Assembly (NCBI GenBank): GCA_023247055.1
Contig: JAHFHF010000013.1
Location: forward strand, 1 to 56,567
From: Candidatus Omnitrophota bacterium
GTDB lineage: Bacteria > Omnitrophota > Omnitrophia > Omnitrophales > Aquincolibacteriaceae
Direction of reading: 5' to 3'
Length of the DNA stretch: 56,567 bases
Shown here: positions 24,719 to 33,962 of the stretch, in pieces
Layout: each line of letters opens with the position of its first letter
How positions within the stretch are numbered: the first letter of the stretch is position 1
Made by a program: the position numbers and the translations under genes
Notes under the pieces: generated by a model
What the model was told of the DNA's origin: nothing
The model's input: only the letters and a program-made list of their open reading frames with translations
Database searches by the model: none

Positions 24719-26883
24719 GCGGGCCGCGTCTCAGCGTCTGCTTCGGGAGTAGCTTCATGCTCTGAGGCCGTGCCCGGAGAAGCCGCGCTGCGGCCCGCAA
24801 GACCCGGCCGGCCCGTCTTCACAGCTGCTTTTTCGCGCTTTGCCTGTTCCAGGTGATGGCGCTGGGCCTGCTTGCTCTCGACGATTTCTTTTTCGATGTG
24901 CTCCTGTTCGGCGAGAATGGCGCGCATTTTTTCTTCTTTTTGGCGCATTTCCTGCTCAAGCTGCCCCTGCTCCTGAATCAGGTTTTTCAGCCGCTCTTCG
25001 CGCTGAGCCATTTGTTCGGTCAGTTGGGCGCGCCGGTGGATCAGGTCCCGCTGTTCGAGCTGGGAAACCAACTCGCGCACCTGGCGCCGTGAAGCTTCGA
25101 GTTCGCGTTCGCGGTCTTCAACCAAGCGTTCACGTTCACGCAAAGCCTGGGCCGCGGCTGAGAGTTTTTGTTCCAAATCCGCAGATGCATGTTCCAAATC
25201 TTTGGCCCTTAGTTTCCATTCATCTGTCTGACGGGCCGTATCTTCGGTTTCTTTGACCAGCCGCAGACGGCTTTTTTCAAGAGTTTCATTTTTTTCGCGC
25301 AACAGGGCTGCTTCACTGCGCAGTTCTTCCGTCAGTGTCTGTGCGCTCAGTCTTTCCCGTTCCCCTTGCGCACGCGCATTTTGAGATTCGCTTTGCAAGG
25401 CCTGAAAGCGGCTTTTGTTTTCACTCAGGCTATTTTGCAGCGTATTGCGCTCTTCTTCTACGCGGGTCAGCCGCTCTTCCAGTTTGTTTTTGAAAATTTT
25501 TTCATCGCCCAAAAGGAGCCGCAGTTTGTCGATTTCCAAAGAAAGGTTTTCGCTGTTTGCGCGCCAGCTGGCAAGCTCCTCTTCGCGCGCGGCGCGGTGC
25601 TTTTCAAGTTCAGAAGCTTTGCGCTCAAAGGCCCGCAGGGATTCTTCCGTGCTGGAGGTCTTGATATGCAGGGCGGCAATCTCACCATTCAGGCGTTCGG
25701 CCTCATCCAGGCGCAGTTCCTGTTCCCTCTCAAGGCGTTTTTGCCAGTCCGCAGACTCCTCGCGCACTTCCTGAAGCAGGACAGCCAATTCGCGGTTTTT
25801 GGATTCCGCGACCTGCATCTTTTCCGTCAGGTCGGAGAGCGCCGCGCTGCGGCTTTCCAGTGTCTTTTCCAATTCCTGGCAGCGCCGGCTGAAATCCACG
25901 GCATCGCGCCGGAAAAGCACATTTTCTTCATGGACGACGGCCCGGGCCGCTTCCGCCGATTTCAGTTTCTCGGCAGTTTCTTCAAGCGCCGCAGTCCGGC
26001 TTTGCAGCATCTGTTCGACTTCACGCAGACGCACGCGCAATTTCTCGGTTTCCTGCTGAAAAGATGTTTTCTCCTGCCCGCCATCCAGCAGGCGTTTTTC
26101 AAGCTTGAGATAATCTTCTTCCGCGCGGCGGGCCTTCTGGACCCCTTCGTCCAGTTTGGTTTTCCACTTGCGGGCTTCTTCCTGGGCCGTGGCGACTTTG
26201 TTTTCGTAAAGGCTGCGGGCCTGGCGGTATTCTTCCTGAATCGCGTCATGCTTTTGCTCGGCCGTCTTGGCCAGTGCCTTCAAGCGGGACGTTTCCTGTT
26301 CCAGAGCCTGGATTTTTCCGGTGTCGGCCGGCTGCGGCACCGGTTTGCGCGTGTATTCTTTTAACTGTGCGCGCAGGGCCGCGGTTTCGCGCTCAAGTTC
26401 TTCGAGTTTACGGCGATCGGTTTCCACCGCCTGCAGGGCGTTGTCTTTGGACTTTGCAGCAGGCGCGGGAGCATTTTTGCGCAATTCAATCAGGGCTTCA
26501 TCCGGATCGAGCAGATGGGATTCGGAAAACGCGCTGCTTCCGGAAGAGCGGACCGGCATGGTTTCCAGAAAGGAAAGGCTCGGCTGCTCGGGCCAGACTG
26601 TGCGGTAGCATTTTCTTTTCACATACACATCGTTGGTGAGGAAAAGTTCGGCCGGCATGGTTTCAAAGTAATCTTTGACGCGGTCGGCAATCGAACGGGT
26701 CAAATTGTCGAGCAGGATAATCGGGGTGTTGTTGACCAGATCGAGAGATTCATCGAGAGCCAACTTAAAGGCTTCTGAGATCTTACGGGCCAGTTTGTGT
26801 TTGTCGATTTCATTGGTGACGGGATTGAGGACCAGGCTCCAATTCTGTTCGCGCTCCTGATTTTTACGGTTGCCTAAAAGCAT
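24715..26883 (-). CDS. 722-aa coiled-coil protein with a small globular N-terminal domain (possibly ribosomal L7/L12-CTD-like)
   Basis: About 100 aa of globular sequence, then about 550 aa of E/R/K/L/Q heptad-rich sequence. Overlaps the downstream nuclease gene by 4 nt. Confidence 0.7.
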   Translation of the reverse strand: MLLGNRKNQEREQNWSLVLNPVTNEIDKHKLARKISEAFKLALDESLDLVNNTPIILLDNLTRSIADRVKDYFETMPAELFLTNDVYVKRKCYRTVWPEQPSLSFLETMPVRSSGSSAFSESHLLDPDEALIELRKNAPAPAAKSKDNALQAVETDRRKLEELERETAALRAQLKEYTRKPVPQPADTGKIQALEQETSRLKALAKTAEQKHDAIQEEYRQARSLYENKVATAQEEARKWKTKLDEGVQKARRAEEDYLKLEKRLLDGGQEKTSFQQETEKLRVRLREVEQMLQSRTAALEETAEKLKSAEAARAVVHEENVLFRRDAVDFSRRCQELEKTLESRSAALSDLTEKMQVAESKNRELAVLLQEVREESADWQKRLEREQELRLDEAERLNGEIAALHIKTSSTEESLRAFERKASELEKHRAAREEELASWRANSENLSLEIDKLRLLLGDEKIFKNKLEERLTRVEEERNTLQNSLSENKSRFQALQSESQNARAQGERERLSAQTLTEELRSEAALLREKNETLEKSRLRLVKETEDTARQTDEWKLRAKDLEHASADLEQKLSAAAQALRERERLVEDRERELEASRRQVRELVSQLEQRDLIHRRAQLTEQMAQREERLKNLIQEQGQLEQEMRQKEEKMRAILAEQEHIEKEIVESKQAQRHHLEQAKREKAAVKTGRPGLAGRSAASPGTASEHEATPEADAETRPA

Positions 26884-26937
26884 AAGGAAAGAGGCTCCTT
26901 CGGAATTGAATTTTTTCCCGGCCCGGCCGGGGGCGGA

Positions 26938-27282
26938 CTACAGCGTAATACGTTCGGCGATGTCGCCGACGATCGGCATTTCCCAGTATTCGCCGGTCAG
27001 GACTTTGAGAATGCCGACGAGCGAGAGGATGCCGAAGACCACAAACGCCACGGTAAAGACGAGGTCCCCAAGGGCTGGAACGGCTTTAATGATGCTCGCC
27101 GCGACTTCGAGAATGAAAAGAACCAGGCCCTGCTTGCCGTGAAACTGCGCGAAGCGGTTGTCTTTTTTTAAAAAAAGCGGGACAAAACAAAGAAGTGAAA
27201 TATAGCCGACAGCTGCAAAAAAACGCGCGTCCCGGATCTCGGGGTCTTGCGAGGCAGCCTGCGGGTCGCGGTCACTGGCCAT
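26938..27282 (-). CDS. Small membrane protein, DUF4870-like
   Basis: YISLLCFVPLFLKKDNRFAQFHGKQGLVLFIL plus two further TM helices. Confidence 0.5.
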   Translation of the reverse strand: MASDRDPQAASQDPEIRDARFFAAVGYISLLCFVPLFLKKDNRFAQFHGKQGLVLFILEVAASIIKAVPALGDLVFTVAFVVFGILSLVGILKVLTGEYWEMPIVGDIAERITL

Positions 27283-27438
27283 TAAAATTAAAACTCCTTA
27301 ACGGAAAAATTTTGGCAGAGCGGGCGTATTATATCAGCGCACTTTAGGCCGTCAAGGCGCTTTGTTTCACCCTTAAGCAAAGGGCTCGTAAGTCCTCGCA
27401 AAAGCATGCAATGTTAGTCTTTGTTTAACGCGAAAAGG

Positions 27439-27777
27439 TTATTGGGGACAAGCAGGCAGCGGGTAAAAACGAAAATCCTCGACCGGGATTCCCCCGTTCA
27501 GATGCTCGCAGATAATGCGTTCCATTTTTTCCGGCGTCACGTGGTGATACCAGACATTCTCCGGATAAACGACTGCCAACGGGCCGCCCTGACAGACACC
27601 GAAGCATTGGGATTGACTGCGCACAATTCTTTGCGCACCCGTATGCAGGTTTAATTCTTTAAGCCTTTCCTTCAGCTTCTGGTAAAGCGCGCCTGACACT
27701 TCCGGCGCGCACTTGCTGCCGGTGCAGACAAAAATATGCCGGCAAAAACCCTCGAGTTTAGGGACAGTTTCAGTCAT
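27439..27777 (-). CDS. Thioredoxin-like [2Fe-2S] ferredoxin
   Basis: [10 protein letters not shown] ... [20 protein letters not shown] is the typical Cys pattern. Confidence 0.75.
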   Translation of the reverse strand: MTETVPKLEGFCRHIFVCTGSKCAPEVSGALYQKLKERLKELNLHTGAQRIVRSQSQCFGVCQGGPLAVVYPENVWYHHVTPEKMERIICEHLNGGIPVEDFRFYPLPACPQ

Positions 27778-27783
27778 GGACTT

Positions 27784-28131
27784 CTATAATTTTTCCGTGC
27801 AGACGCGCGGAATCGTTCTTTCCATGGGAATCACGAATGTGCCGACTTCGGTCACCCCGGCTAGAATTCGGCGCAGCATAAAAACAGTGCCTTTGCCAAA
27901 CCCCGTGAAAAAACCGGAGAGCGCGGAGGTCTCGCGCATGTCGGCCGCCATGGTGCAAGGAATCTCAGCCGGACTGGTGAGAATATTTTCAAGGCCACGG
28001 CCGAATTTGGTGCCGATTTCAGCCAAATAATCCCTGGCCGTGCCTTCTGCGGCATAAAGCGGCGCAGCCCCATGCAGGCATGCAAGCAAAAAAAATAAAG
28101 CGCCGGTCCGTTTCATGCTGTGCTTTCCCAT
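27784..28131 (-). CDS. Small secreted protein resembling the exosortase-system-associated TIGR04073 family
   Basis: Signal peptide, then KFGRGLENILTSPAEIP...GFGKGTVFMLRRILAGVTEVGTFVIP. This resembles the KLxRGxxNxxxGxxEIP ... GxGxYExxTFPxP pattern as I recall it. Confidence 0.55.
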   Translation of the reverse strand: MGKHSMKRTGALFFLLACLHGAAPLYAAEGTARDYLAEIGTKFGRGLENILTSPAEIPCTMAADMRETSALSGFFTGFGKGTVFMLRRILAGVTEVGTFVIPMERTIPRVCTEKL

Positions 28132-28133
28132 TT

Positions 28134-28832
28134 TTATTTTGCCGGTTCAAGCGCGCCAGCTGCAGCCGCATCCGGCTGCGCCGCGGGCACAACAGCCCTT
28201 TTCCCTGAAATCGTCTCAGCATACGGATTGATTTCAAAAGCATCAAACCCCGGAATAAAGGGCTCTTCGCGCGGGCCCTGCTGGCTGTTCAAACCGCTGG
28301 TCACATGCTGGCCGGCCTGCAGCCTCAAGGGTTTTTCATGGGAAAGTTCCTTTAGAACGGCTTCCCCGCGGAAGACATCCAGCCGCACATACGATTTTCC
28401 CAAGAGCGCATAAATCCAGACGCTGAAAAAACTTTTCTGGATTGTGACTTCCCCGGCGGGCGTACGCAAATTCAAAGCTGTTTCGGCACTTCCGGCCCAA
28501 TCCGCTTTGAACTGGCCGGAGGAAAGTTCCAGCGTCAGCGCGCCTGCCGCCTGCCCGGACGGCAGCGCTTTGACCATGAATTCCGTACTTTCGCCGCCTA
28601 ATTCCAAAACTCCGGCATGCGTTGCAAGCTGAAGCACGGCGCCTTCACCGGTCGCCACCCGGTCGCCCAGCTTCAAAATATCGCCGGCTTGAAGCGCCTG
28701 CCAGCTTGTCTCGCCAGCGCGCAGAAAAATACCTTGCCCTTCGATTAGGCGGACCTCAACGCTGGCTCCTGCCGCAGGCAGCAGCCAAACTCCAAAAACG
28801 GCGGTGAGACAAAACAATTTAATTGCAGACAT
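28134..28832 (-). CDS. FecR-domain-like secreted protein
   Basis: ORF trimmed to MSAIKLFCLTAVFGVWLLPAAGA, which removes the overlap with the upstream gene. AGDILKLGDRVATGEGAVLQL is FecR-like. Such proteins commonly sit next to CHASE2 sensors. Confidence 0.55.
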   Translation of the reverse strand: MSAIKLFCLTAVFGVWLLPAAGASVEVRLIEGQGIFLRAGETSWQALQAGDILKLGDRVATGEGAVLQLATHAGVLELGGESTEFMVKALPSGQAAGALTLELSSGQFKADWAGSAETALNLRTPAGEVTIQKSFFSVWIYALLGKSYVRLDVFRGEAVLKELSHEKPLRLQAGQHVTSGLNSQQGPREEPFIPGFDAFEINPYAETISGKRAVVPAAQPDAAAAGALEPAK

Positions 28833-28848
28833 TTTCAAAGGCCTTTCA

Positions 28849-30732
28849 TCAGGATTTTTCCGCAACCGGCGGAAACCGGACACAAATCACCGTATAATCG
28901 TCATGCGCCGGCGTGCCGTTTTGAAAACTCGACCAGGCCTGACGCAGACGCTCAATCGTCTCGGCGGCACTGCGGCGTTCCCGCCCGCAGATTTCAGCCA
29001 GCCGGCAAAGGCGTTCCATGCCGAACTCCTCGCCTTTGGGGTTGCGCATTTCGCGCAAGCCGTCGGTAATCAGCATAAAAAAATCGCCCGGGGCGAAGGG
29101 AATTTCCTGCAGGGCATAGTCGGCGTCTTCAAAAAGGCCCAGGGGCGGGCCGCCCTCTTTAGCGGCCAAAAACGCGGTCCGCGACGATGCCTGATAATAA
29201 ATCATTGCCTCATGCCCCGCAACGGCAAAAGCGATCTTCTGCTGCAAGGGGTCCAGGACCGCATAAATCAAAGTCAAAAAAAGACCGGTGGCTCCTCCGG
29301 CCAGACAGGCCTGGTTGAGCGCGCGGCAAACCTCGGCCGGCGACCGGTTCTGCTTGTTTTCGCGGCGGAATTCGCTGATCGCCTTAGCCATATAGAGCGC
29401 CGCAGGCATGCCCTTACCGGAGACATCCCCGATAACCACACCCCGGCGCGGCCCCTCGAATTTGACCCAGTCAAAGAGGTCGCCGCCGACGCTTTTGAGA
29501 AAACGGTGATCCCAGGCCATGTCCAGAACTCCGTCTTCGGCAATGTGGCCGGGTAAAAAAGTTTCCTGGATTTTGGAAGCCATTTCAAGTTCTCGCGATA
29601 AAAGTTCCCCCTGCATCCGGATGCTCAAAAATTTAAAGAGCAGCGCCATGAAAACCGTCGCCGCGAGTCCGGCCACGGGCACGCCCACGGGTAAAGCCCA
29701 GCCGGTCCGCGTAAACATCCAAAAATTCAGGGCCAGATAACCCGCCACCGCAGCCGCAAAAACCGTCAGCCCGACGCGCAAACTTCGCTGCATCACAATC
29801 CACGCTAACGGCAGGCACAGAAGCTGCAAAAGCAGAAAGCCGGCCCAAGGCGGCAAAGCGTGCATATAACGCCCGGAAAGCAGCGTATGAACGCAGGCGG
29901 CCTGGACGGAAAGCCCCACATCCGCTGGCGAAAAAGGTGTCGGCCTGAGATCCGTCGTGCCCGTGGCCGTATGCCCCACAATGACGATACGATTGCGAAA
30001 AAGTTCTTCCAATTCTGCCTGACGCCCGGTTTCAGCCAGCTGCAAGACGGCTTGAAAGGAAAGGCGGCGGTAGGCACTGACCGGGCCCGGATAATTGATG
30101 CGGATTTTAGTTTGCTGGTCCCGGGGCAGACGCTCGATCATCCTCTCGGGATAAGTCTCGCGATAGCGGAAGCCGAGAATTAAAAATGCCGGGCTGTAAT
30201 AGGCCTTGCCGTCACCGTCAATGGAAATACGCAGGCTGCGGGTGACGCCGTCGCTGTCAGGATCCACATTGACAAAACCCGTCGCGCCGGCCGCCTGCGC
30301 AAAAATCGGAAGGGGGAAAAAAGCCTCGAAAGGATCGAGTGAGGCGTAATAAAAAGGCAAAACCACATTGCCCAGTTTTCGGGTTGCGTCCGCCAAAGCC
30401 TGGTCCTGGCCGGGATTTGCACTGGCTTCGGTGAACAGAATGTCGAAAAAAACTGCCGCCGGTTTATGCTCCGCAAGAATGTCCAGCAAGCGCGCGTAGA
30501 GGCCGCGCGGCCAAGGCCACTGTCCCAAAGCTTTGAGGCTGCCGTCGTCAATTTCAACCAGAAGAATATCGGGATGGGCCGGCTGGGCACCGCGCAGGCG
30601 AAACCTGAAATCAATGGCGTTTTTCTCGCGAAAATCAACCGCCTGAAAAAAATCCAACAGAAAGAGGGCGGAAAGAAAAATGAAGATCCACACAAAGGGT
30701 TGGAGATTCTGCGCTTTGAAGGGGACGCGCAT
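28849..30732 (-). CDS. CHASE2 sensor domain / PP2C (SpoIIE-type) serine phosphatase
   Basis: N-terminus: ILLVEIDDGSLKALGQWPWPRGLYARLLDIL (CHASE2), followed by TM helices. C-terminus: GGDLFDW, GDVSGKGMPAALYMA, ITDGLRE (SpoIIE/PP2C). Confidence 0.8.
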   Translation of the reverse strand: MRVPFKAQNLQPFVWIFIFLSALFLLDFFQAVDFREKNAIDFRFRLRGAQPAHPDILLVEIDDGSLKALGQWPWPRGLYARLLDILAEHKPAAVFFDILFTEASANPGQDQALADATRKLGNVVLPFYYASLDPFEAFFPLPIFAQAAGATGFVNVDPDSDGVTRSLRISIDGDGKAYYSPAFLILGFRYRETYPERMIERLPRDQQTKIRINYPGPVSAYRRLSFQAVLQLAETGRQAELEELFRNRIVIVGHTATGTTDLRPTPFSPADVGLSVQAACVHTLLSGRYMHALPPWAGFLLLQLLCLPLAWIVMQRSLRVGLTVFAAAVAGYLALNFWMFTRTGWALPVGVPVAGLAATVFMALLFKFLSIRMQGELLSRELEMASKIQETFLPGHIAEDGVLDMAWDHRFLKSVGGDLFDWVKFEGPRRGVVIGDVSGKGMPAALYMAKAISEFRRENKQNRSPAEVCRALNQACLAGGATGLFLTLIYAVLDPLQQKIAFAVAGHEAMIYYQASSRTAFLAAKEGGPPLGLFEDADYALQEIPFAPGDFFMLITDGLREMRNPKGEEFGMERLCRLAEICGRERRSAAETIERLRQAWSSFQNGTPAHDDYTVICVRFPPVAEKS

Positions 30733-30740
30733 CGCGGCAG

Positions 30741-31361
30741 CTAATCTTTGCGGACGAGGCGCCAGGGACGGAATTTGAGATCGTGCGTCATGTCGCGGAT
30801 ATTGGCGGAAGTTTGATCCAGATTGCCCAGGATGCGCGCAATTTCTTCCTTATGTTCCACCATCAAGCCGTTCATTTCCTCCATCAACGGATTAAGCGAT
30901 TGGGTCAGTTCCTCCATGCGGTCGGCCATCAGATTCATTTTCTGGACCAGGAGATACATCGGAATCGGGTCCGTGCCGGTCAGGATTTTCCCGGCACCCA
31001 GGACCGGCTTTCCAGGGTCCCCGGGTTTGATCTCCACATATTTCTCGCCCATCATGCCCAGCGTATCGATAAAAGCCTCGCTGCCCTCTTTTAAATCCAA
31101 ATCGGCTTTCATTTCAACCGTCACGAGAATGGGATACGCATCCAGGGGACGCACTTCAATCGACTGGACCTTGCCGACTTCATGGCCGCCGTAACGCACG
31201 GGAGCATTTTTTTCAAGCCCGCTGATATAGCCGAACTCAATTGGCCAGGTGCGGGTTTCCGCCGTGGTATAGCGGCCGACAATCACCGTCAGTCCCAAAA
31301 GCAGCGCCAATGCGATAGTGACGAAAATGCCCGATTTAACTTCGGCGCCCGAATAAGCCAT
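30741..31361 (-). CDS. mlaD: MCE-domain protein MlaD
   Basis: N-terminal TM helix plus an MCE domain (VRYGGHEVGKVQSIEV). Follows mlaF and mlaE. Confidence 0.75.
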   Translation of the reverse strand: MAYSGAEVKSGIFVTIALALLLGLTVIVGRYTTAETRTWPIEFGYISGLEKNAPVRYGGHEVGKVQSIEVRPLDAYPILVTVEMKADLDLKEGSEAFIDTLGMMGEKYVEIKPGDPGKPVLGAGKILTGTDPIPMYLLVQKMNLMADRMEELTQSLNPLMEEMNGLMVEHKEEIARILGNLDQTSANIRDMTHDLKFRPWRLVRKD

Positions 31362-31389
31362 GTTCCCTCCCTAGGCTGAATAATCGATT

Positions 31390-32193
31390 CTAATTCTGTA
31401 AAAGACCTTTGAGATACGCGTCGCTGGTTTGAATAAACGGAATCGCCCCTTCCGGCTCGCCATTGATAAACTGCCGGATATAAGGATTTTTAGTATTTTG
31501 AATCTGCGGGCCCGTCCCGACTTCAAGCACCTTGCCGCGGTGCAAAACAATCATTTGGTCCGCAATCCGGAAGGCGCTTTTCATTTCGTGCGAAACCACT
31601 ACGGACGTAATTTTAAGTTTGCGGCTCAGATCCAAAATAAGCTGGTCGATCATGCTGGCTGTAATCGGGTCCAAGCCGGCGCCGGGCTCGTCATAAAAAA
31701 CAATTTTGGGATCAAGCGCGATCGCGCGCGCCAGCGCCACGCGCTTTTTCATCCCCCCCGAAATCTGATGCGGCATAAAGTTTTCAAAGCCGGTCAGTCC
31801 GACAAGTTCCAGTTTGACTTTCACGATGATCTTAATAATTTCATCCGAAAGGTCGGTGTGTTCACGAATGGGCAAAGCGACATTTTCTGCCACGGTCAGG
31901 GAGTTAAAAAGCGCCGCGCCTTGAAAGAGCATGCCGAATTTGCGTTTCACCGCATTCATGGGTCTCTCAGCCAACCCTACAATATTTTGCCCGTCGATTA
32001 AAATCTCGCCTTCATCCGGCTGATACAGGCCGATCAGGTGGCGCAGGAATGTGCTTTTGCCGCAGCCGGAGCCGCCCATGATCACCGAAATTTTTCCTTC
32101 CGGGATCTCGAGCGTAATGCCCTCCAAAACAACCCGGTTGCCAAAGCGTTTGACCAAGTTCCGCACGGAGATAATACTTTTTTCCTGCATCAT
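31390..32193 (-). CDS. mlaF: ABC transporter ATP-binding protein MlaF
   Basis: Walker A GGSGCGKST, signature ISGGMKKRVALARA and Walker B IVFYDEP. Confidence 0.85.
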   Translation of the reverse strand: MMQEKSIISVRNLVKRFGNRVVLEGITLEIPEGKISVIMGGSGCGKSTFLRHLIGLYQPDEGEILIDGQNIVGLAERPMNAVKRKFGMLFQGAALFNSLTVAENVALPIREHTDLSDEIIKIIVKVKLELVGLTGFENFMPHQISGGMKKRVALARAIALDPKIVFYDEPGAGLDPITASMIDQLILDLSRKLKITSVVVSHEMKSAFRIADQMIVLHRGKVLEVGTGPQIQNTKNPYIRQFINGEPEGAIPFIQTSDAYLKGLLQN

Positions 32194-32253
32194 CAGTCCT
32201 TCATCGTAAATCGTAGGAGGGACGGGTTCACAACCCGCCCCTACCGAATATTC

Positions 32254-33054
32254 TTAAGCCGGCAAAACGTAATACATGACGGCTGTGGAAAGGCAGTCCA
32301 TGACCAGAATCAGCACAATCGAAGTCACGACAGCCGAAGTCGTCGCGCGTCCCACCCCATCAGCGCCGCCTTCGACCGAAAGCCCCTGATGACAACTGAC
32401 CAGCGCGATCAAAACCGCAAAAAGGCCGCTTTTGATCAAGCCCGTGTAAATATCTTTGAGGACCAGCGCGTCAAAGGTTTTGGCAATGTAAAGATAGGGA
32501 TTCATGCTCAACCCGAGCGTTGAAATCAAAAAACCACCCACCATGCCCATGACATCCGCCACGACCGTCAAACATGGGAGAATCAGCAGAAACGCCAGAA
32601 AACGGGGCAGCACAAGATACTGCACCGGATTCAGGCCCATGGTGGAAAGGGCATCGACTTCTTCCTGGACCTTCATCGTGCCGAGTTCCGCGGCCAGACG
32701 GGCGCCCACACGGCCGGAAAGCACAATGGCGGCGACGAGCGGGCCGAGTTCCCGGGTCACGGACACACTGACGAGACTACCGGTATAAAGTTCAGCGCCA
32801 AACTGTTTCAACTGATAGGAAGCCTGAAGCGCCAGCACCATTCCGACGGACGCGCCGACCAGACAGATAATGGCGAAAGAATCTACGCCCATCAGCACGA
32901 CCTGATGGAAGAGATGGCGCAGTTGAATGGTTTTTTTTTGGAAAGGGGCCCTAAAAAGAAGACCGAAAACCTCAAAGAGAAGGCCGCTCAAGCGCCCCAT
33001 GCCGGCCATCATAAAGCCGGATGTTTCCCCGATTTTTCCGAAAAAATCACGCAT
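32254..33054 (-). CDS. mlaE: ABC transporter permease MlaE
   Basis: 266-aa polytopic membrane protein with MlaE/TTG2B-like blocks (GPLVAAIVLSGRVGA, LVLPR). Confidence 0.8.
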   Translation of the reverse strand: MRDFFGKIGETSGFMMAGMGRLSGLLFEVFGLLFRAPFQKKTIQLRHLFHQVVLMGVDSFAIICLVGASVGMVLALQASYQLKQFGAELYTGSLVSVSVTRELGPLVAAIVLSGRVGARLAAELGTMKVQEEVDALSTMGLNPVQYLVLPRFLAFLLILPCLTVVADVMGMVGGFLISTLGLSMNPYLYIAKTFDALVLKDIYTGLIKSGLFAVLIALVSCHQGLSVEGGADGVGRATTSAVVTSIVLILVMDCLSTAVMYYVLPA

Positions 33055-33055
33055 G

Positions 33056-33102
33056 GGCGCCTTTGCTAGCGCCTGCGCAGGTTTCCTTGGCCTGCGAAGC
33101 GC
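33056..33102. repeat. REP-like GC-rich hairpin pair (inverted copy of the 51394 motif)
   Basis: The reverse complement of 33065-33102 is GCGCTTCGCAGGCCAAGGAAACCTGCGCAGGCGCTAGC, about 33/38 identical to 51394-51431. Hairpins: GGCGC/GCGCC and CGCAGG/CCTGCG. Confidence 0.7.
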
Positions 33103-33135
33103 TGTGTTTAAGTAAGACTTAAAACCGGGACAGTT

Positions 33136-33474
33136 TTAACTCGCTGCTAATTCCAGCGCTTCGGCTTCAGTGGCGGCGAGAGTAAAAACCTTGTCCAGCT
33201 TGGCAATTTCAAAAACGCTGCGTACCGACGGCATGAGTTCGGTCAGCACCAGCTTGCCGCTGGAACGCTTAGCCTTTTGCAGAGCCTCCACAAACGTGGC
33301 CAGCCCCGAACTGTCGATGTAGTTGACTTTTTTAAGGTTGATAATGACTTTGTGGGATGATTTTTCCGTCACAGGCTGCAGTTTGCTGCGCAGGTCCGGA
33401 GACGTGTGAAAGTCGAGTTCGCCGGCCAACTCGAAAACATGCACATCGCCGGCCTGCCGCTGTTGAATTTTCAT
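33136..33474 (-). CDS. STAS-domain anti-sigma-factor antagonist (phosphorylatable; possible MlaB analogue)
   Basis: SpoIIAA/RsbV-like, with an intact NYIDSSGLATFVEAL motif. Overlaps the kinase gene by 4 nt and lies directly upstream of mlaE. Confidence 0.8.
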   Translation of the reverse strand: MKIQQRQAGDVHVFELAGELDFHTSPDLRSKLQPVTEKSSHKVIINLKKVNYIDSSGLATFVEALQKAKRSSGKLVLTELMPSVRSVFEIAKLDKVFTLAATEAEALELAAS

Positions 33475-33938
33475 AAAGGACCTCTTTTATCTTTGTATTT
33501 TTTTAAATGAAGAAGATTGCCGCTGCGAAACGATTCATCGTAAGTAACTTCGTCCATGAGTTTGCGCGTCAGAAAAATTCCAAGCCCCCCCGGATTTTCA
33601 GGCGGCAATTTTGGCGCGGGCTGGTTCAGCGGATTAAATTTAGCGCTGTAATCTTTGATTGAAATCTTAAGGCTTCCGTCTGAAAAACGGGCATCCAATT
33701 CAATTTTTCCGGGCCCGCCGCGGTAACCGTGCCGGATAATATTGGTCAAGCGTTCATCCACGGCCAAAACCACTTCGCCGGAACTTTTTTCGTCGAAACC
33801 AGCTTGCGCCAAAAATGCCCGCAGGTCCTCGCGAAAACCCGCCAGCCGGGCGGTGGCGGCATCGAGCGCAAATTGTTTATGAAGAAGACACATGCCTGTT
33901 TGAAGCGCCATTGTAGCCTGCGCCGCGGCGCTTGCCAA
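33471..33938 (-). CDS. RsbW/SpoIIAB-like anti-sigma serine kinase (HATPase_c)
   Basis: ERLTNIIRHGY (N-box) and PGGLGIFLTRKLMDEV (G2 box). Confidence 0.75.
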   Translation of the reverse strand: MASAAAQATMALQTGMCLLHKQFALDAATARLAGFREDLRAFLAQAGFDEKSSGEVVLAVDERLTNIIRHGYRGGPGKIELDARFSDGSLKISIKDYSAKFNPLNQPAPKLPPENPGGLGIFLTRKLMDEVTYDESFRSGNLLHLKKYKDKRGPL

Positions 33939-33962
33939 TGACTTCTGTAGGAACTGTCCCTG

